A DNA stretch of 64,000 nt from Gammaproteobacteria bacterium (GCA_963662545.2 CAXXLL010000003.1:960001-1024000); one strand, 5' to 3'; shown: positions 22,746 through 36,342, counted from the stretch's first letter. Made by a program: numbers and translations. The notes: generated by a model from the sequence alone, not told the origin.

Positions 22746-25700
22746 TTAGGCGCTTTTCGTACTCTGCTCGACCGTCTCTGCCGTGCCATCGGCGCCTCGC
22801 AGTTCCGCCATCAGTTCGGCGTCCAGATCGGCGCTGGTTTCCGCCACCGGATCGGCCGCGGGAAAGCGGCGGCGCTTCCGTTCAATATGGTAGGCAAATC
22901 CGGTTCCTGCCGGAATCAGGCGCCCGACGATGACATTTTCCTTGAGGCCGCGGAGTTCGTCATGCTTGCCCGTGACAGAGGCTTCGGTCAGCACCCGGGT
23001 GGTCTCCTGAAAGGAGGCCGCCGAGATAAAGGATTCCGTTGCCAGTGAGGCCTTGGTAATGCCAAGCAGCAGCTGCTGGGCTATCGCCGGCTTCTTGCCC
23101 TCCGCGGAGACTCGGTCGTTCTCGTCGAGCAGCCGTTCACGCTCGACCTGCTCGCCTTTGAGGAATCGAGTATCCCCCGGTTTTTGCATCTCAACCTTGC
23201 GCAGCATTTGCCGGACGATTACCTCGATGTGCTTGTCGTTAATCTTGACGCCTTGGAGTCTGTATACCTCCTGAACCTCGCTGACGATGTAGTGCGTGAG
23301 TTCGTGCACGCCTTTGAGCCTGAGAATGTCGTGTGAATCGGGCGCTCCATCACAAATGACTTCACCCTTTTCGACGTGCTCGCCTTCAAATACCGTTACG
23401 TGGCGCCATTTTGGTATCAGGCTTTCGATATGCTCGCCGTCAGCCTGAGTAATGATCAGGCGTTGCTTGCCTTTCGTATCCTTGCCAAACGACACCGTAC
23501 CGGTCGCTTCGGCGAGTACCGCTGGCTCCTTGGGCTTACGCGCCTCGAACAAATCGGCAACACGCGGCAGGCCGCCGGTTATATCGCGAGTCTTTAATGA
23601 CTCCTGGGGAATCCTCGCAAGCACGTCGCCTACTTTTACTTGCTGGGCGTCGGCAATACTGACCACCGCATTGGGCGACAGATGATAATGAGCCGGGATA
23701 TCAGTCCCCGGGATCTTGAGATCTTTACCCTTGGCATTAACCAGCTTGATCACCGGGCGCAGGTCCTTCGCTGATGAACTACGCTGCTTGAGATCCATGA
23801 CGACAATACTGGAAAGTCCGGTAATCTCATCGACCTGCCGACTCACCGTCACTCCTTCGCTGATATCTTGAAATACTACCGTGCCCGCCACTTCGGTGAT
23901 GATCGGATGGGTATGAGGATCCCACGTCGCTATATTCTGTCCGGCTGTGACTTCGGCCCCGTCGGCCACTTTCAGTACGGCACCATACGGCACTTTATAT
24001 CGCTCGCGATCGCGCCCGACCTCGTCGTTGACGATGAGTTCGCCCGAGCGTGATACGGAGACGAAAGTTCCGTCTTTGTGGTCGAGCGTTTTCATATTGA
24101 CGAGCTTTATCGTACCCGTGGCTTTGACGTCAATACTGTTGACCGCTGCCGCCCGTGACGCGGCGCCACCAATATGGAAAGTACGCATCGTCAGCTGAGT
24201 ACCCGGTTCGCCGATGGACTGCGCGGCGATCACTCCAACTGCTTCGCCGACATTGACACTATGCCCACGCGCAAGATCACGTCCATAGCACGCAGCACAG
24301 ATTCCGTAACGCGTCTCGCAGGTAATCGCGGAGCGCACCAAGACCTCGTCGATTCCCTGTTCATCGAGATGTTGTACCCATTTCTCGTCGATCAGAGTCC
24401 CGGCAGCAACGACCGGCGCTTTTTCGCCGGGCTTGATAACGTCTACCGCGACGACGCGTCCGAGGATGCGGTCGCCCAGCGCCTCAATGACGTCACCACC
24501 TTCGATGATCGGCGTCATCATCATTCCGCCGCTGGTCCCGCAATCTACTTCGGTCACCACGAGGTCCTGTGCAACGTCGACGAGACGTCGGGTCAAATAT
24601 CCCGAATTCGCGGTTTTCAATGCCGTATCCGCGAGACCTTTTCGTGCACCGTGCGTAGAAATGAAATACTGCAGAACATTCAGGCCTTCACGGAAATTCG
24701 CGGTGATCGGCGTTTCGATGATCGATCCGTCCGGTTTGGCCATGAGCCCGCGCATTCCAGCGAGCTGTCTGATCTGGGCGGCGGAACCACGCGCGCCCGA
24801 ATCCGCCATCATGAAAATCGAATTAAATGAATCCTGCTGTACCTCTTTGCCGTCACTGCCGGTTACCACTTCGGTTCCCAGTTTTTCCATCATCGCCTTG
24901 GCCACCTGGTCGTTGGTATGAGACCAGATATCTACAACCTTGTTGTAGCGCTCACCAGTCGTTACCAGGCCGGACGCATACTGGTCCTCGATTTCCTTCA
25001 CTGCTATCTCCGCAGTAGCGATGATCTCGGGCTTTCCTTCCGGCACGACCATGTCGTCGATGGCGATCGACACACCCGCCCGGGTGGCATGCTCGAATCC
25101 CGTATACATCAGTCGATCCGCGAAGATGACTGTTTCCTTCAGCCCAACCGAGCGATAACACCTATCAAACAATTTCGATATCGCGCGTTTGTTCAGCACT
25201 TGATTGATGAGCGCGAATGGAAGCCCTCGCGGTAATATCGCCGAGAGTAAGGCGCGTCCTACCGTCGTCTCGACGATTTCCGTGCTTTCCTGTAATTCGT
25301 TGTCGTCATCGAGTTCGGTCAGATCCATTCTTACTTTGCATCGCGCATGGAGTGATGCAGCCCCAGTCTCAAAAGCACGGTGAACTTCCGAAATATCCAC
25401 GAAGATCATGCCCGTTCCTTTCGCGTCGGCGGATTCACGCGTGAGGTAATACAGGCCTAGAACGACGTCCTGAGTCGGTACGATAATCGGATCGCCGTTT
25501 GCGGGTGAAAGAATATTGTTCGTCGACATCATGAGGCTGCGCGCCTCGATCTGAGCTTCGATCGACAACGGTACGTGTACCGCCATTTGATCGCCGTCAA
25601 AGTCCGCATTGAACGCCGTGCACACCAGCGGATGAAGCTGGATGGCCTTGCCCTCGATCAGAGCTGGCTCGAAAGCCTGGATTCCAAGCCGGTGCAGCGT

Positions 25701-26981
25701 CGGTGCGCGATTGAGCATGATCGGATGCTCTCGAATGACTTCTTCGAGGATATCCCAGACTTCCGGACCTTCCCGTTCGATAAGCTTCTTCGCTGCCTTG
25801 ATCGTCGTCGCCATACCGCGACGTTCGAGCTTACTGAAGATGAACGGTTTGAAGAGTTCGAGCGCCATTTTTTTAGGCAACCCGCATTGGTGGAGTTTCA
25901 AAGTCGGGCCGACCACAATGACCGAACGGCCAGAGTAATCGACACGCTTGCCAAGCAGGTTCTGGCGAAAGCGCCCTTGCTTGCCCTTGATCATATCGGC
26001 GAGCGATTTCAGCGGCAGCTTATTCGTCCCGGTAATGGCGCGCCCACGCCGGCCGTTGTCTAGAAGCGCGTCAACGGCCTCCTGCAGCATGCGCTTTTCA
26101 TTGCGCACGATAATGTCGGGCGCGTTTAAATCGAGCAAACGCTTCAGCCGGTTATTTCGATTGATAACGCGGCGGTAAAGATCATTTAAGTCCGATGTTG
26201 CGAAGCGGCCGCCATCGAGAGGTACCAGGGGCCGCAATTCCGGCGGCAACACGGGAAGGACCTTCATGACCATCCATTGCGGCCGATTGCCCGAATGAAG
26301 AAAGGCCTCCATCAACTTCAGGCGTTTGGTGAGTTTTTTGATCTTTGTCTCGGAGTTAGTCTTTGGAAGCTCTTCACGGATTAAGTTGATCTCTTCGGCG
26401 AGATCAACTGATCTCAGAAGCTCATATACAGCTTCCGCGCCCATGCGGGCGTCGAATTCATCGCCGTGTTGCTCGATCGCATCGAGATAAGATTCTTCTG
26501 ACAGCAATTGGCCCCGCTCCAGATCGGTCATGCCGGGATCCACCACGACGTAGGCCTCGAAGTAGAGAATCCGCTCGATTTCGCGCAGTGTGATGTCCAG
26601 TAACAATCCCATTCGCGACGGGAGGGATTTTAGATACCAGATATGGGCGACCGGACTAGCGAGCTCGATATGGCCCATACGTTCACGCCGAACTTTGGCT
26701 AGCGTTACCTCTACTCCACACTTCTCACATACGACGCCTCTGTGCTTCAGGCGTTTGTATTTACCGCACAAACATTCGTAATCCTTGATAGGACCGAAAA
26801 TCTTTGCGCAGAAAAGTCCGTCTCGCTCCGGTTTGAAAGTGCGGTAATTGATCGTTTCCGGCTTTTTGACTTCGCCGTACGACCACGAGCGAATTTTTTC
26901 CGGTGACGACAAACCGATGCTGATTGCGTCGAAATCTTCAACCTGGCCCTGACTCCTAAGCAGATCAAGTAGGTCTTTCAC
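22746..26981 (-). CDS. rpoC: RNA polymerase beta-prime subunit
   Basis: NADFDGD catalytic motif; zinc-binding CLCGKYK...CEKC. Confidence 0.99.
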   Translation of the reverse strand: MKDLLDLLRSQGQVEDFDAISIGLSSPEKIRSWSYGEVKKPETINYRTFKPERDGLFCAKIFGPIKDYECLCGKYKRLKHRGVVCEKCGVEVTLAKVRRERMGHIELASPVAHIWYLKSLPSRMGLLLDITLREIERILYFEAYVVVDPGMTDLERGQLLSEESYLDAIEQHGDEFDARMGAEAVYELLRSVDLAEEINLIREELPKTNSETKIKKLTKRLKLMEAFLHSGNRPQWMVMKVLPVLPPELRPLVPLDGGRFATSDLNDLYRRVINRNNRLKRLLDLNAPDIIVRNEKRMLQEAVDALLDNGRRGRAITGTNKLPLKSLADMIKGKQGRFRQNLLGKRVDYSGRSVIVVGPTLKLHQCGLPKKMALELFKPFIFSKLERRGMATTIKAAKKLIEREGPEVWDILEEVIREHPIMLNRAPTLHRLGIQAFEPALIEGKAIQLHPLVCTAFNADFDGDQMAVHVPLSIEAQIEARSLMMSTNNILSPANGDPIIVPTQDVVLGLYYLTRESADAKGTGMIFVDISEVHRAFETGAASLHARCKVRMDLTELDDDNELQESTEIVETTVGRALLSAILPRGLPFALINQVLNKRAISKLFDRCYRSVGLKETVIFADRLMYTGFEHATRAGVSIAIDDMVVPEGKPEIIATAEIAVKEIEDQYASGLVTTGERYNKVVDIWSHTNDQVAKAMMEKLGTEVVTGSDGKEVQQDSFNSIFMMADSGARGSAAQIRQLAGMRGLMAKPDGSIIETPITANFREGLNVLQYFISTHGARKGLADTALKTANSGYLTRRLVDVAQDLVVTEVDCGTSGGMMMTPIIEGGDVIEALGDRILGRVVAVDVIKPGEKAPVVAAGTLIDEKWVQHLDEQGIDEVLVRSAITCETRYGICAACYGRDLARGHSVNVGEAVGVIAAQSIGEPGTQLTMRTFHIGGAASRAAAVNSIDVKATGTIKLVNMKTLDHKDGTFVSVSRSGELIVNDEVGRDRERYKVPYGAVLKVADGAEVTAGQNIATWDPHTHPIITEVAGTVVFQDISEGVTVSRQVDEITGLSSIVVMDLKQRSSSAKDLRPVIKLVNAKGKDLKIPGTDIPAHYHLSPNAVVSIADAQQVKVGDVLARIPQESLKTRDITGGLPRVADLFEARKPKEPAVLAEATGTVSFGKDTKGKQRLIITQADGEHIESLIPKWRHVTVFEGEHVEKGEVICDGAPDSHDILRLKGVHELTHYIVSEVQEVYRLQGVKINDKHIEVIVRQMLRKVEMQKPGDTRFLKGEQVERERLLDENDRVSAEGKKPAIAQQLLLGITKASLATESFISAASFQETTRVLTEASVTGKHDELRGLKENVIVGRLIPAGTGFAYHIERKRRRFPAADPVAETSADLDAELMAELRGADGTAETVEQSTKSA

Positions 26982-27029
26982 AGTTTTTACTCCTTAAGGC
27001 GAATGTGCGCCGAATATCCGGTTAGTGCC

Positions 27030-30000
27030 TTAGTCGTGCTCCAATTCGATGTCGATCCCGAGAGATCGCATCTCCTTGAGAAGCACGTTGAAGGATTCGG
27101 GCATTCCCGCTTCCATCTTGTGGTCGCCGTCTACGATGTTTTTGTACATCTTGGTTCGACCGTTGACGTCGTCGGATTTGACCGTGAGCATTTCCTGCAG
27201 CGTATAGGCCGCTCCGTAGGCTTCGAGCGCCCATACCTCCATTTCTCCGAAGCGCTGACCGCCGAATTGCGCTTTACCGCCTAATGGTTGCTGGGTAACC
27301 AGGCTGTACGGTCCGGTTGAGCGTGCGTGCATTTTGTCGTCGACCAGATGATTCAACTTCAACATGTACATGTAGCCGACCGTAACCGGTCGATCGAATG
27401 CATCACCTGAACGGCCGTCGAAAAGTTTTGTCTGCCCGGAGCGGGGAAGCCCGGCAAGGTCGAGCATATGCTTGATCTCATCCTCCTTCGCTCCGTCGAA
27501 AACAGGTGTCGCCATCGGCACACCGTCCTTGAGATTTTCACACAGCGCTTGAATCTCATCGTTATCGAGGGAGTCCAGGTCCTCTCGTTGACCGCTGGAG
27601 TTGTATATCTTGCCGAGGAATTTCCTCAATTCAGTATTGCTGGCTACCCGGTCCAACATATCGCCAATGCGCTGGCCAAGTCCGTGGGCAGCCCAACCCA
27701 AGTGCGTCTCCAGCACTTGTCCCACGTTCATGCGCGACGGTACTCCGAGGGGATTCAGCACGATGTCGACCGTAGTCCCGTCTTCCATATGCGGCATGTC
27801 TTCGATTGGCACGATCATGGATACGACGCCCTTGTTTCCGTGCCGACCCGCCATTTTGTCTCCGGGTTGCATGCGCCGTTTAACAGCCACGTAAACCTTT
27901 GCCATTTTGAGTACGCCAGGCGCCAGATCGTCGCCGCTGGTCAATTTTGATTTTTTCTCCTCGAACTGGCGGTCAAAATCTTCATGGTACTTTTCGATCT
28001 GACGGGCTAGTTGCTCGAGTTTTTCGTTGGCAGAATCGTTCTTGAGTCGGATGTCGAACCATTTATCACGCGCCACATCGCTCAGCAACGGCTTGGTAAT
28101 CTTGGCGCCACCCTTGATCTGCCCCGGTCCTTTATCAGCATTTTTATTGATGAGAAGACGTTCGACGCGCTGATAAACATCTTCCTCAAGAATTCTCAAC
28201 TGGTCGTCGAGATCCTTCTTCACGCTCGCGATTTCGGCGTTCTCGATCTCGAGTGCCCGCGCATCTTTTTCAATACCGTCACGCGTAAAAACCTGCACGT
28301 CGATGACGGTTCCGCTCATACCGGAAGGGACCCTTAGCGACGTGTCTTTAACGTCGGACGCCTTCTCGCCAAAAATCGCCCGCAACAGTTTTTCTTCCGG
28401 GGTCAGCTGGGTTTCGCCCTTGGGTGTAACCTTACCCACGAGGATATCGCCCGAGTGCACTTCAGCGCCCATGTAAACAATACCGGATTCATCAAGCTTG
28501 GAGAGCGCACTTTCGCTGACATTTGGAATATCGCTCGATATTTCTTCGGGCCCGAGTTTTGTATCCCGCGCCACACAAGTTAGTTCCTCAATGTGGATGC
28601 TCGTGTAACGATCTTCCTGAACGACCCGTTCCGAAATCAGTATCGAGTCTTCGAAGTTGTAGCCATTCCATGGCATAAAGGCGACTAGCATATTCTGACC
28701 CAGGGCGAGTTCTCCGAGATCCGTCGACGGACCGTCCGCGAGGACGTCGCCGGCTGCTATTCGGTCGCCGGGTTTGCCTAACGGCTTCTGATTAATGCAC
28801 GTATTCTGATTCGACCGGGTGTATTTGGTCAGATTGTAGATATCGACGCCCGGCTCTTCCGCACTCGTTTCCGAGTCGTCGACCCTGACGACGAGTCTTG
28901 CTGCATCCACCGCGTAGACTTCACCACCGCGCCGTGCGACGACGGTGACACCTGAATCCTTGGCAACGGTTCGTTCGATCCCCGTACCGACCAGCGGCTT
29001 TTCCACGCGCAAGGTGGGTACGGCCTGCCGCTGCATATTGGACCCCATAAGCGCGCGGTTGGCGTCATCGTGCTCCAGAAACGGTATGAGGGCAGCCGCT
29101 ACAGAAACAATTTGCCGCGGTGAAACGTCCATATACTGAATTCGATCCGGAGAGGCTAGCGTGAATTCGTTGCGGTGCCGCGCAGAGACCAGGCTGCCTG
29201 TGAGTCGACCGTTTTTATCGAGCGCGGCGTTCGCCTGGGCAATGACGTACTGGCCCTCTTCGATAGCCGATAGATACTCGATTTCGTCGGTTGCCTTACG
29301 GTTCGCCACCTTACGATAAGGCGTTTCCAAAAAACCGTATGCATTGGTTCTGGCATAAACTGCAAGCGAATTGATCAAGCCGATGTTTGGCCCCTCGGGC
29401 GTCTCGATCGGACAGACCCGGCCGTAGTGGGTCGGATGTACGTCTCGAACCTCGAATCCGGCACGCTCTCGAGTCAAACCGCCCGGTCCAAGTGCCGATA
29501 CACGACGTTTATGTGTCACTTCCGAGAGGGGATTGTTTTGATCCATGAACTGGGATAACTGGCTCGATCCGAAAAATTCCCTGATCACTGCAGAAACTGG
29601 TTTCGCATTGATCAGCTCTTGCGGCATATAGCCCTCGGATTCGGCCAGACTCAACCGTTCCCTGACTGCGCGTTCTACGCGTACCAGCCCGACCCGAAAC
29701 TGATTTTCGGCCATTTCCCCGACGCTTCGAACACGCCGATTTCCAAGATGATCGATATCGTCGACCGTGCCGTTGCCGTTGCGTATATCAATCAGCACTT
29801 TGAGCACGTCGATGATGTCGTTTTTGTCCAGCACACCGCTACCCGTAATTTCGCTACGCCCGACGCGCCGATTGAATTTCATGCGGCCCACGCCCGAAAG
29901 ATCGTAGCGGTCTTCAGAAAAGAAAAGATTCCTGAAAAGGTTTTCCGCAGCGTCCTTGGTCGGCGGTTCTCCCGGGCGCATCATGCGGTAAATTTCGACC

Positions 30001-31106
30001 TGGGCCTCCAGCTTGGTTGTCGTTGGATCCACGCGCAGGGTCTCGGCAATGTACGCTCCATGATCGAGATCGTTAGCAAAAATTGTCGCGATTTCGGCGA
30101 CGTTGTTGTTGTCGAAGATTTCGAGTAGCTCGTCGGTGATTTCAGCGTTCGCCACAGCTAAGACTTCGCCGGTTTCCGTATTGACCACATCGCACGCGAG
30201 GATTTTTCCGAGCACGAATGACCTGGGAACGTTTATCTCCGTTATGCCGAGGTCTTGGATTTCCTGGGTATGGCGCGCGGTAATCCGGCGCTCGGCTTCG
30301 ACCAACACTTTGCCCTTGGCGTCTACGAGATCGAATTCGAGCGTCTCACCACGCAGGCGTTCCGGGATGAGATGAAACTGCACCTGATCCCCGTCGAGTA
30401 CGAAAGTATCGCGCTCGAAAAATAGTTCGAGCACCTGCTCGGTTGAAAATCCTAAAGCGCGTAACAAAACGGTCGCCGGTAGTTTGCGTCGGCGATCGAT
30501 ACGAACATAAACGTGATCTTTCGGATCGAACTCGAAATCAAGCCAAGACCCGCGGTATGGGATTACTCGAGCGGAGAAAAGTAGTTTTCCGGATGAATGC
30601 GTTTTCCCACGGTCGTGATCGAAAAATACGCCAGGTGAGCGATGCAGCTGCGAAACGATTACACGCTCGGTGCCGTTGATTACGAATGTCCCATTAGTCG
30701 TCATCAGCGGAAGCTCACCCATGTAAACTTCCTGTTCGCGTACGTCTTTGATCACCTTGTCAGCCCCGGACTCCTTATCGTAGATGACAAGACGTACCGT
30801 AACGCGTAGAGACGTAGCGTAGGTCAAACCTCGAACCTGGCATTCTTTCACGTCGAACACGGGCTCACCAAGCCGATAGCTTACGTATTCGAGAACCGCA
30901 TTGCCCGAGTAACTTTCGATTGGGAATACAGAGTTGAACGCAGCGTGGAGACCGACGTTGCCACGATTATTGGGATCGCTGTCTTCTTGTAGAAAACGCT
31001 TAAACGATTCTATTTGCGTTGCAAGCAAGTACGGCACGTCCAAAATCGGCGGTGTCTTGCTGAAATCTTTACGAATACGCTTCTTCTCAGTGTACGTATA
31101 GGCCAT
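27030..31106 (-). CDS. rpoB: RNA polymerase beta subunit
   Basis: [21 protein letters not shown]; [12 protein letters not shown]. Confidence 0.99.
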   Translation of the reverse strand: MAYTYTEKKRIRKDFSKTPPILDVPYLLATQIESFKRFLQEDSDPNNRGNVGLHAAFNSVFPIESYSGNAVLEYVSYRLGEPVFDVKECQVRGLTYATSLRVTVRLVIYDKESGADKVIKDVREQEVYMGELPLMTTNGTFVINGTERVIVSQLHRSPGVFFDHDRGKTHSSGKLLFSARVIPYRGSWLDFEFDPKDHVYVRIDRRRKLPATVLLRALGFSTEQVLELFFERDTFVLDGDQVQFHLIPERLRGETLEFDLVDAKGKVLVEAERRITARHTQEIQDLGITEINVPRSFVLGKILACDVVNTETGEVLAVANAEITDELLEIFDNNNVAEIATIFANDLDHGAYIAETLRVDPTTTKLEAQVEIYRMMRPGEPPTKDAAENLFRNLFFSEDRYDLSGVGRMKFNRRVGRSEITGSGVLDKNDIIDVLKVLIDIRNGNGTVDDIDHLGNRRVRSVGEMAENQFRVGLVRVERAVRERLSLAESEGYMPQELINAKPVSAVIREFFGSSQLSQFMDQNNPLSEVTHKRRVSALGPGGLTRERAGFEVRDVHPTHYGRVCPIETPEGPNIGLINSLAVYARTNAYGFLETPYRKVANRKATDEIEYLSAIEEGQYVIAQANAALDKNGRLTGSLVSARHRNEFTLASPDRIQYMDVSPRQIVSVAAALIPFLEHDDANRALMGSNMQRQAVPTLRVEKPLVGTGIERTVAKDSGVTVVARRGGEVYAVDAARLVVRVDDSETSAEEPGVDIYNLTKYTRSNQNTCINQKPLGKPGDRIAAGDVLADGPSTDLGELALGQNMLVAFMPWNGYNFEDSILISERVVQEDRYTSIHIEELTCVARDTKLGPEEISSDIPNVSESALSKLDESGIVYMGAEVHSGDILVGKVTPKGETQLTPEEKLLRAIFGEKASDVKDTSLRVPSGMSGTVIDVQVFTRDGIEKDARALEIENAEIASVKKDLDDQLRILEEDVYQRVERLLINKNADKGPGQIKGGAKITKPLLSDVARDKWFDIRLKNDSANEKLEQLARQIEKYHEDFDRQFEEKKSKLTSGDDLAPGVLKMAKVYVAVKRRMQPGDKMAGRHGNKGVVSMIVPIEDMPHMEDGTTVDIVLNPLGVPSRMNVGQVLETHLGWAAHGLGQRIGDMLDRVASNTELRKFLGKIYNSSGQREDLDSLDNDEIQALCENLKDGVPMATPVFDGAKEDEIKHMLDLAGLPRSGQTKLFDGRSGDAFDRPVTVGYMYMLKLNHLVDDKMHARSTGPYSLVTQQPLGGKAQFGGQRFGEMEVWALEAYGAAYTLQEMLTVKSDDVNGRTKMYKNIVDGDHKMEAGMPESFNVLLKEMRSLGIDIELEHD

Positions 31107-31255
31107 GGTGTTTACCGTCCTATTAAACCGGGTTCGGGCAAGTGACTCCGGAAATCGTCATTTACGGATCCATTCCGCAATGGCGGAACGCGAACGGCGG
31201 CCGCCATTACGGGCGCCGCCTCATTCCGAATATCAGGAATTAACAAAATACGTGA

Positions 31256-31639
31256 CTACTTGAGTTCTACAGTGGCGCCCGCTTCTTCCAATTTCGTCTT
31301 GATCTCTTCGGCTTCGTCTTTGGAAACGGCTTCCTTCATGGCCGCTGGAGCACTTTCGACCAGTTCCTTTGCTTCCTTCAATCCAAGTCCAGTTATTGCG
31401 CGAACGACTTTGATCACGCTGACTTTGTTCTCTCCGAAGCTCGACATGAAGACGTCGAATTCGATCTGGACTTCGTCGGCGGCACCGCCGGGATCCACGC
31501 CGACGCCGGGAGCCGCGGCTGCTACTGCGGCTGCCGCCGATACACCCCATTTTTCCTCGAGCTCTGAAACGAGCTCCGTCACTTCAAGAATGCTCATGTT
31601 ACTCAGAGTTTCAATCAACTCTTCTTTGGAAACCGCCAT
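31256..31639 (-). CDS. rplL: 50S ribosomal protein L7/L12
   Basis: [12 protein letters not shown]; [12 protein letters not shown]. Confidence 0.99.
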   Translation of the reverse strand: MAVSKEELIETLSNMSILEVTELVSELEEKWGVSAAAAVAAAAPGVGVDPGGAADEVQIEFDVFMSSFGENKVSVIKVVRAITGLGLKEAKELVESAPAAMKEAVSKDEAEEIKTKLEEAGATVELK

Positions 31640-31672
31640 TTTGATGTTCTCCTGAAAACAGATTGTTAAACG

Positions 31673-32203
31673 CTATAAGGCCGCTTGTTGCGAATCGCGG
31701 TAAGCCGCAAGTATTCGAACCAGTTCACCGGCAGGCTCGGCGAGAGTGCGCACCAATTTCGTCTGAGGCGCTTTGAAAACGGACAAGAGAATCGCGCGTG
31801 CTTCGTCAAGCGTCGGAAGATTTGCCAGAAGTTTGAGATCTTCAGCAGGCCGTAATTCACCGTCGACCACGATGGCTTTGGTTACGAGCATCGCATGGTC
31901 TTTGGAAAAGTCGCGGACAAGGCGTGCTCCGGCCCCGTGGTCTTCCCCAGAAAATACCAGTACCAACGGTCCTGTCAGCGAGTCGCGCAGACATTCGAAA
32001 GTTGTACCGTCGATCGCACGACGCGCGAGCGAATTCTTAACAACGCGAACGTATACGCCTGACTCGCGAGCTTTCGCGTGAAGCTCAGTCATTTGCTTCA
32101 CGCTCAAGCCGATATATTCAGCAGCGACTGCGGTCTGGGCGTTCGCCGCTATTTCGTTGACCTCCGCAACAACCGTCTGTTTTTGCTGTAGCGTCAAACT
32201 CAT
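31673..32203 (-). CDS. rplJ: 50S ribosomal protein L10
   Basis: RVVKNSLARRA; LANLPT. ATG at 32203 follows GGGAGA. Confidence 0.98.
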   Translation of the reverse strand: MSLTLQQKQTVVAEVNEIAANAQTAVAAEYIGLSVKQMTELHAKARESGVYVRVVKNSLARRAIDGTTFECLRDSLTGPLVLVFSGEDHGAGARLVRDFSKDHAMLVTKAIVVDGELRPAEDLKLLANLPTLDEARAILLSVFKAPQTKLVRTLAEPAGELVRILAAYRDSQQAAL

Positions 32204-32284
32204 TGGTCGATTTCTCCCATTTTGACCCAAGCTCGTTTAGCCAGGTCGCACCACGTTTACTGCGCCCGCAGAGGCGCGATTCGT

Positions 32285-32382
32285 TTTACGGCGGGCTTTA
32301 AGCTGCCCATGGGGAACACCGTCTGCGCGGGCCTTGGACAATTAACCGCAAGCTGTTACTTGCGGACCCGCGGTCTTTAACG
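32285..32382 (-). promoter_or_regulatory. L10 leader (rplJL autoregulatory RNA)
   Basis: Minus strand AAAGACCGCGGG...CCCGCGCAGACGG...CCCGCCGTAA between rplA and rplJ resembles the proteobacterial L10 leader. Boundaries are approximate. Confidence 0.7.
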
Positions 32383-32395
32383 ATTAGTCGATAGT

Positions 32396-33097
32396 TCACG
32401 CCGCGTCACACGAAGCCTTGTCGACGGCCAATCCGGGACCCATCGTCGTGGACAGTGAAATCGATTTGAGAAAAATGCCCTTCGCTGAACTTGGCCTGGC
32501 CTTGTGCAGGTCCGCCAGAATTGCATTCAAATTGGCCTTGAGAGCATCCGATGTAAACGACGCCTTGCCGATCGGGCAGTGAACGATTCCGGCTTTGTCG
32601 GTGCGAAATTGTACCTGTCCGGCTTTGGCGTTACTGACTGCCGCTGCGACGTCGGTGGTTACCGTACCCACTTTCGGGTTCGGCATCAAACCACGCGGGC
32701 CGAGGATCTTTCCCAGTTGACCGACGATCCGCATCGATGCGGGTGTGGCAATGGCGATGTCGAATTCGATATTCCCCCTTTTTATTTCCTCCGCCAGATC
32801 ATCGAGCCCAACGAGATCTGCGCCGGCTTCGCGCCCTGCATCTGCGTCTGATCCCTCGGCAAAGACCGCTACGCGCATACTCTTTCCCGTGCCATGAGGC
32901 AGGACGGTCGAGCCGCGCACGTTTTGATCGGACTTACGGGCATCTATGCCCAAATTGATTGCGGCCTCGACCGATTCGTCAAATTTCGCCGTCGCGACAT
33001 CCTTCAACAAGGCGAGAACTTCATCAATCGGGCGGGGATCACGCCGGTCGCCGATCTTTTCGCGTATCGCTTCAAGTCGCTCACTCTTTTTCGCCAT
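32396..33097 (-). CDS. rplA: 50S ribosomal protein L1
   Basis: [16 protein letters not shown]; STTMGPG. Confidence 0.99.
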   Translation of the reverse strand: MAKKSERLEAIREKIGDRRDPRPIDEVLALLKDVATAKFDESVEAAINLGIDARKSDQNVRGSTVLPHGTGKSMRVAVFAEGSDADAGREAGADLVGLDDLAEEIKRGNIEFDIAIATPASMRIVGQLGKILGPRGLMPNPKVGTVTTDVAAAVSNAKAGQVQFRTDKAGIVHCPIGKASFTSDALKANLNAILADLHKARPSSAKGIFLKSISLSTTMGPGLAVDKASCDAA

Positions 33098-33098
33098 T

Positions 33099-33530
33099 TC
33101 AAACACCCTCCACTTGAAGGCCCATACTCCGTGCGGTCCCCGCGATAGTCCTTACCGCAGCGTCCATATCGGCTGCAGTCAAATCAGGATCTTTTGTTTT
33201 CGCGATCTCCTCGAGTTGCGCGCGGTTGACGGTCCCGACCTTCTCTGTGTTCGGTGTTCCGCTGCCCTTGGCAACACCTGCTGCCTTACGGAGTAAAACG
33301 GCCGCCGGCGGCGTTTTGGTAATAAACGTAAAGCTTTTATCGGCGAATACCGTGATCACCACCGGTATCGGAATGCCCTGCTCCGAGTTTTGCGTTTTGG
33401 CATTGAAGGCCTTGCAAAATTCCATGATGTTAACCCCGTGTTGCCCCAGGGCAGGTCCTACCGGCGGACTCGGGTTAGCCTGTCCGGCCGGCACTTGCAA
33501 CTTTATAAACGCATCAATTTTCTTGGCCAC
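33099..33530 (-). CDS. rplK: 50S ribosomal protein L11
   Basis: [15 protein letters not shown]. Confidence 0.99.
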   Translation of the reverse strand: MAKKIDAFIKLQVPAGQANPSPPVGPALGQHGVNIMEFCKAFNAKTQNSEQGIPIPVVITVFADKSFTFITKTPPAAVLLRKAAGVAKGSGTPNTEKVGTVNRAQLEEIAKTKDPDLTAADMDAAVRTIAGTARSMGLQVEGV

Positions 33531-33545
33531 GTGAGCTTATCTCCC

Positions 33546-33572
33546 TGGGTACAAACGCCTCTTGGCTCCCCT
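33546..33572 (-). promoter_or_regulatory. L1-binding operator in the rplK leader
   Basis: Minus strand GGGGAGCCAAGAGGCGTTTGTACCC just before the rplK RBS, similar to the enterobacterial L11-operon operator. Confidence 0.7.
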
Positions 33573-33584
33573 AAAGGCAACAGC

Positions 33585-33614
33585 AAATAAAAGGGACGTG
33601 GATTCGCTATCCCT
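33585..33614 (-). terminator. Weak terminator-like hairpin after nusG
   Basis: Minus strand AGGGAT...GTCCCT followed by TTTATTT. Confidence 0.45.
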
Positions 33615-33649
33615 CCGCGTCGGCAAATCCTTGTTAGGTACTTCTGACA

Positions 33650-34183
33650 TCAATCCTTACTTACCTGACTGAACTCGAGTTCAACGGGCGTAGATCGGCC
33701 AAAGATCGAGACGGCTACGCGCAATCGGCTCTTTTCGTAATTGACTTCTTCGACCGTACCATTGAAGTCGTTGAATGGCCCGTCGGTCACCCGAACGACT
33801 TCGCCAACTTCGAAAAGCACTTTCGGTCGAGGCTTTTCAACGCCTTCCTGAATTCGATCCAGAATCGCCTGTGCCTCCTTCTTAGAAATCGGCGCCGGCC
33901 GATCGCTGCTGCCGCCAATGAAGCCCATCACTTTCGGACAGTTTTTTACGAGGTGCCAGGACTCGTCATCCATCTGCATCTCGACCAGGACATATCCGGG
34001 GAAAAACTTGCGGTCGCTTTTGCGCTTTTGGCCTTCCTTCATTTCGACGACTTCTTCGGTCGGCACGAGGATCTGACCAAACATTTTGCTGATGTCGCTT
34101 CTGTTTATGCGATCTTCCAGTGAGCGTTTTACCTGGTTCTCAAAACCCGAGTAGGCATGCACGACGTACCAACTCAAATTCAT
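33650..34183 (-). CDS. nusG: Transcription factor NusG
   Basis: [11 protein letters not shown]; FFPGYVLV; KOW domain [11 protein letters not shown] at 34183. Confidence 0.99.
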   Translation of the reverse strand: MNLSWYVVHAYSGFENQVKRSLEDRINRSDISKMFGQILVPTEEVVEMKEGQKRKSDRKFFPGYVLVEMQMDDESWHLVKNCPKVMGFIGGSSDRPAPISKKEAQAILDRIQEGVEKPRPKVLFEVGEVVRVTDGPFNDFNGTVEEVNYEKSRLRVAVSIFGRSTPVELEFSQVSKD

Positions 34184-34185
34184 TT

Positions 34186-34563
34186 TCACGACCCCCTCCC
34201 GATCATCGTTTGTACCAGGCCGCCGAGCAAAAGATCGAGCAACCACAGGAGCACCCCAAAAATTATTACGACGATCATTACGACCATGGTTGTTTGAGTC
34301 GTTTCCTGCCTTGTCGGCCAAACGACTTTCCGAACTTCAATTTGGGCCTCGCGTATAAAGCTTGATACCTGACGCCCCTTATCAGTTTGGAACGCTATCG
34401 TGATCGCAACGACAACCACCGCAATGATACCGCCGACACGCAGCAGCTTTGACGCATCCGCATAGTGATAAAAAGCGACAAGCCCGCCGACTAATATCGT
34501 CAATGATATGGCCAGCTTGACCGTATCCAGCGGACTATGTTGCATCGTTACCTTGGTACTCAC
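34186..34563 (-). CDS. secE: Preprotein translocase SecE (3-TM type)
   Basis: [13 protein letters not shown]. Confidence 0.98.
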   Translation of the reverse strand: MSTKVTMQHSPLDTVKLAISLTILVGGLVAFYHYADASKLLRVGGIIAVVVVAITIAFQTDKGRQVSSFIREAQIEVRKVVWPTRQETTQTTMVVMIVVIIFGVLLWLLDLLLGGLVQTMIGRGS

Positions 34564-34583
34564 TAGTCACACGCAGAAGCTTG

Positions 34584-34608
34584 AAAAAGCGGCGCTCTGT
34601 GCCCGCTT
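34584..34608 (-). terminator. Terminator-like hairpin after tRNA-Trp
   Basis: Minus strand AAGCGGGC-ACAGA-GCGCCGCTTTTT. Confidence 0.55.
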
Positions 34609-34681
34609 CAAACCCCTGCCGTCTCCTAGTTTGCTATTCCCGATCAGAGTATTTCCGCGTTGCTGTTCGTGCCTGCTCAGG

Positions 34682-34757
34682 TGGCAGGCCAGGAGGGAAT
34701 CGAACCCCCAACCTGCGGTTTTGGAGACCGCCGCTCTGCCAATTGAGCTACTGGCCT
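34682..34757 (-). tRNA. tRNA-Trp(CCA)
   Basis: AGGCCAGTAGCTCAATTGG...CTCCAAA...GGTTCGATTCC...CCTGCCA; 76 nt. Confidence 0.97.
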
Positions 34758-34828
34758 TGAACTAGAACCCGTCTCAGAATTATTCACGTGCGCGCATGCA
34801 ATTAATTTTAAGACGGGTACCGTGCAAA

Positions 34829-36019
34829 TCATTCAATAACCTTGGCTACGACGCCCGCCCCAACCGTGCGCCCGCCTTCCCGGATCGCGAAGCGCAAGCC
34901 GTCCTCCATCGCGATCGGTGCGATCAATTTCACCGTGATCTTCACGTTGTCTCCAGGCATCACCATCTCCACGCCCTCCGGCAACTCCACCGCACCCGTC
35001 ATGTCCGTCGTCCGAAAATAAAACTGCGGCCGGTAGTTCGCGAAAAACGGCGTGTGTCGCCCGCCTTCGTCTTTCGACAAGACGTATACCTCCGCCTCAA
35101 AATGCGTGTGCGGATTCACCGAACCCGGCTTGCACAACACCTGACCACGCTCCACTTCTTCTCGCTTCGTACCCCGTAACAAGATGCCCACGTTGTCTCC
35201 CGCCTGACCTTCGTCCAGCAGCTTGCGGAACATCTCAACTCCCGTACACGTCGTCTTCTTCGTCTCCTTGATGCCCACAATCTCGATCTCCTCACCGACC
35301 AAGATCTTGCCCCGCTCGACGCGCCCCGTCACCACCGTCCCGCGTCCCGATATCGAAAATACATCCTCAATCGGCATCAAAAACGGCAGGTCCACCAGGC
35401 GCTCCGGGATCGGGATGAATTCATCCATCGCCGCCACTAACTTCTCAATCGACGGGCGACCCAACTCTCCCTCGTCACCCTCCATCGCCTTCAGCGCACT
35501 GCCCACGATCACCGGCGTGTCGTCGCCCGGAAACTGGTAGGCGTCCAGTAGTTCTCGTACCTCCAGCTCCACCAGCTCCAGCAATTCCGCGTCGTCCACC
35601 ATGTCCGCCTTGTTCAGGTACACCACGATCTTCGGTACACCCACTTGACGCGCCAGCAATATGTGCTCCCGAGTCTGCGGCATCGGACCATCCGCCGCGC
35701 TGCACACCAGGATCGCGCCGTCCATCTGCGCCGCACCCGTGATCATATTCTTTACGTAATCCGCGTGACCCGGACAATCAACATGCGCGTAATGACGTGA
35801 TTCGCTTTCGTATTCCACATGCGCCGTCGCTATCGTGATCCCGCGCTCCCGCTCTTCCGGCGCGTTATCGATCTGAGCGTAGTTCTTCGTCTCGCCGCCG
35901 AACTTTTCCGCCGACACCATCGTCAATGCCGCCGTCAACGTCGTCTTACCATGATCTACATGACCAATCGTACCCACATTCAGATGCGGCTTCGTTCTTT
36001 CAAATTTTGCCTTGGACAT
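34829..36019 (-). CDS. tuf: Elongation factor Tu (tRNA-operon copy, tufB position)
   Basis: Protein is identical to 18281..19471. Confidence 0.99.
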   Translation of the reverse strand: MSKAKFERTKPHLNVGTIGHVDHGKTTLTAALTMVSAEKFGGETKNYAQIDNAPEERERGITIATAHVEYESESRHYAHVDCPGHADYVKNMITGAAQMDGAILVCSAADGPMPQTREHILLARQVGVPKIVVYLNKADMVDDAELLELVELEVRELLDAYQFPGDDTPVIVGSALKAMEGDEGELGRPSIEKLVAAMDEFIPIPERLVDLPFLMPIEDVFSISGRGTVVTGRVERGKILVGEEIEIVGIKETKKTTCTGVEMFRKLLDEGQAGDNVGILLRGTKREEVERGQVLCKPGSVNPHTHFEAEVYVLSKDEGGRHTPFFANYRPQFYFRTTDMTGAVELPEGVEMVMPGDNVKITVKLIAPIAMEDGLRFAIREGGRTVGAGVVAKVIE

Positions 36020-36102
36020 GCTGTTGCGTCTCCTAAGTCAGATACGTTCGATCAGAAACATTGCGTCGTTACCACCAATCGATCATTTCGGGTCGAATAC
36101 TT

Positions 36103-36178
36103 TGGAGCCCATGACCGGAATTGAACCGGTGACTTCTTCCTTACCAAGGAAGTGCTCTACCGACTGAGCTACATGGGC
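36103..36178 (-). tRNA. tRNA-Thr(GGT)
   Basis: GCCCATGTAGCTCAGTCGG...CTTGGTAA...GGTTCAATTCC...CCA. Confidence 0.97.
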
Positions 36179-36268
36179 CCAGCGAAGCACAAAGCAGAAA
36201 GGAATAAGCGGAAAGCTCGTTGAACAGCGCCTCTTTGCTATTTGCACCTTTCTACTTTCCACTCATAC

Positions 36269-36342
<74 letters not shown>

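Noticed and set aside
29440-29600. Rifampicin-resistance changes in rpoB (also checked: S12 streptomycin lysines, L4 and L22 loops)
   Set aside because: Key residues look wild-type by eye ([23 protein letters not shown]; KKPNSA; RVKDLPG).
31150-31225. GC-rich hairpins between rplL and rpoB as an attenuator
   Set aside because: The position fits, but the stems are imperfect and there is no clear U-tract, so it is not called.
4847-36019. Many 60-240 aa plus-strand ORFs antisense to ribosomal, rpo, fus and tuf genes
   Set aside because: Shadow ORFs of conserved genes, with no recognisable motifs or independent evidence.
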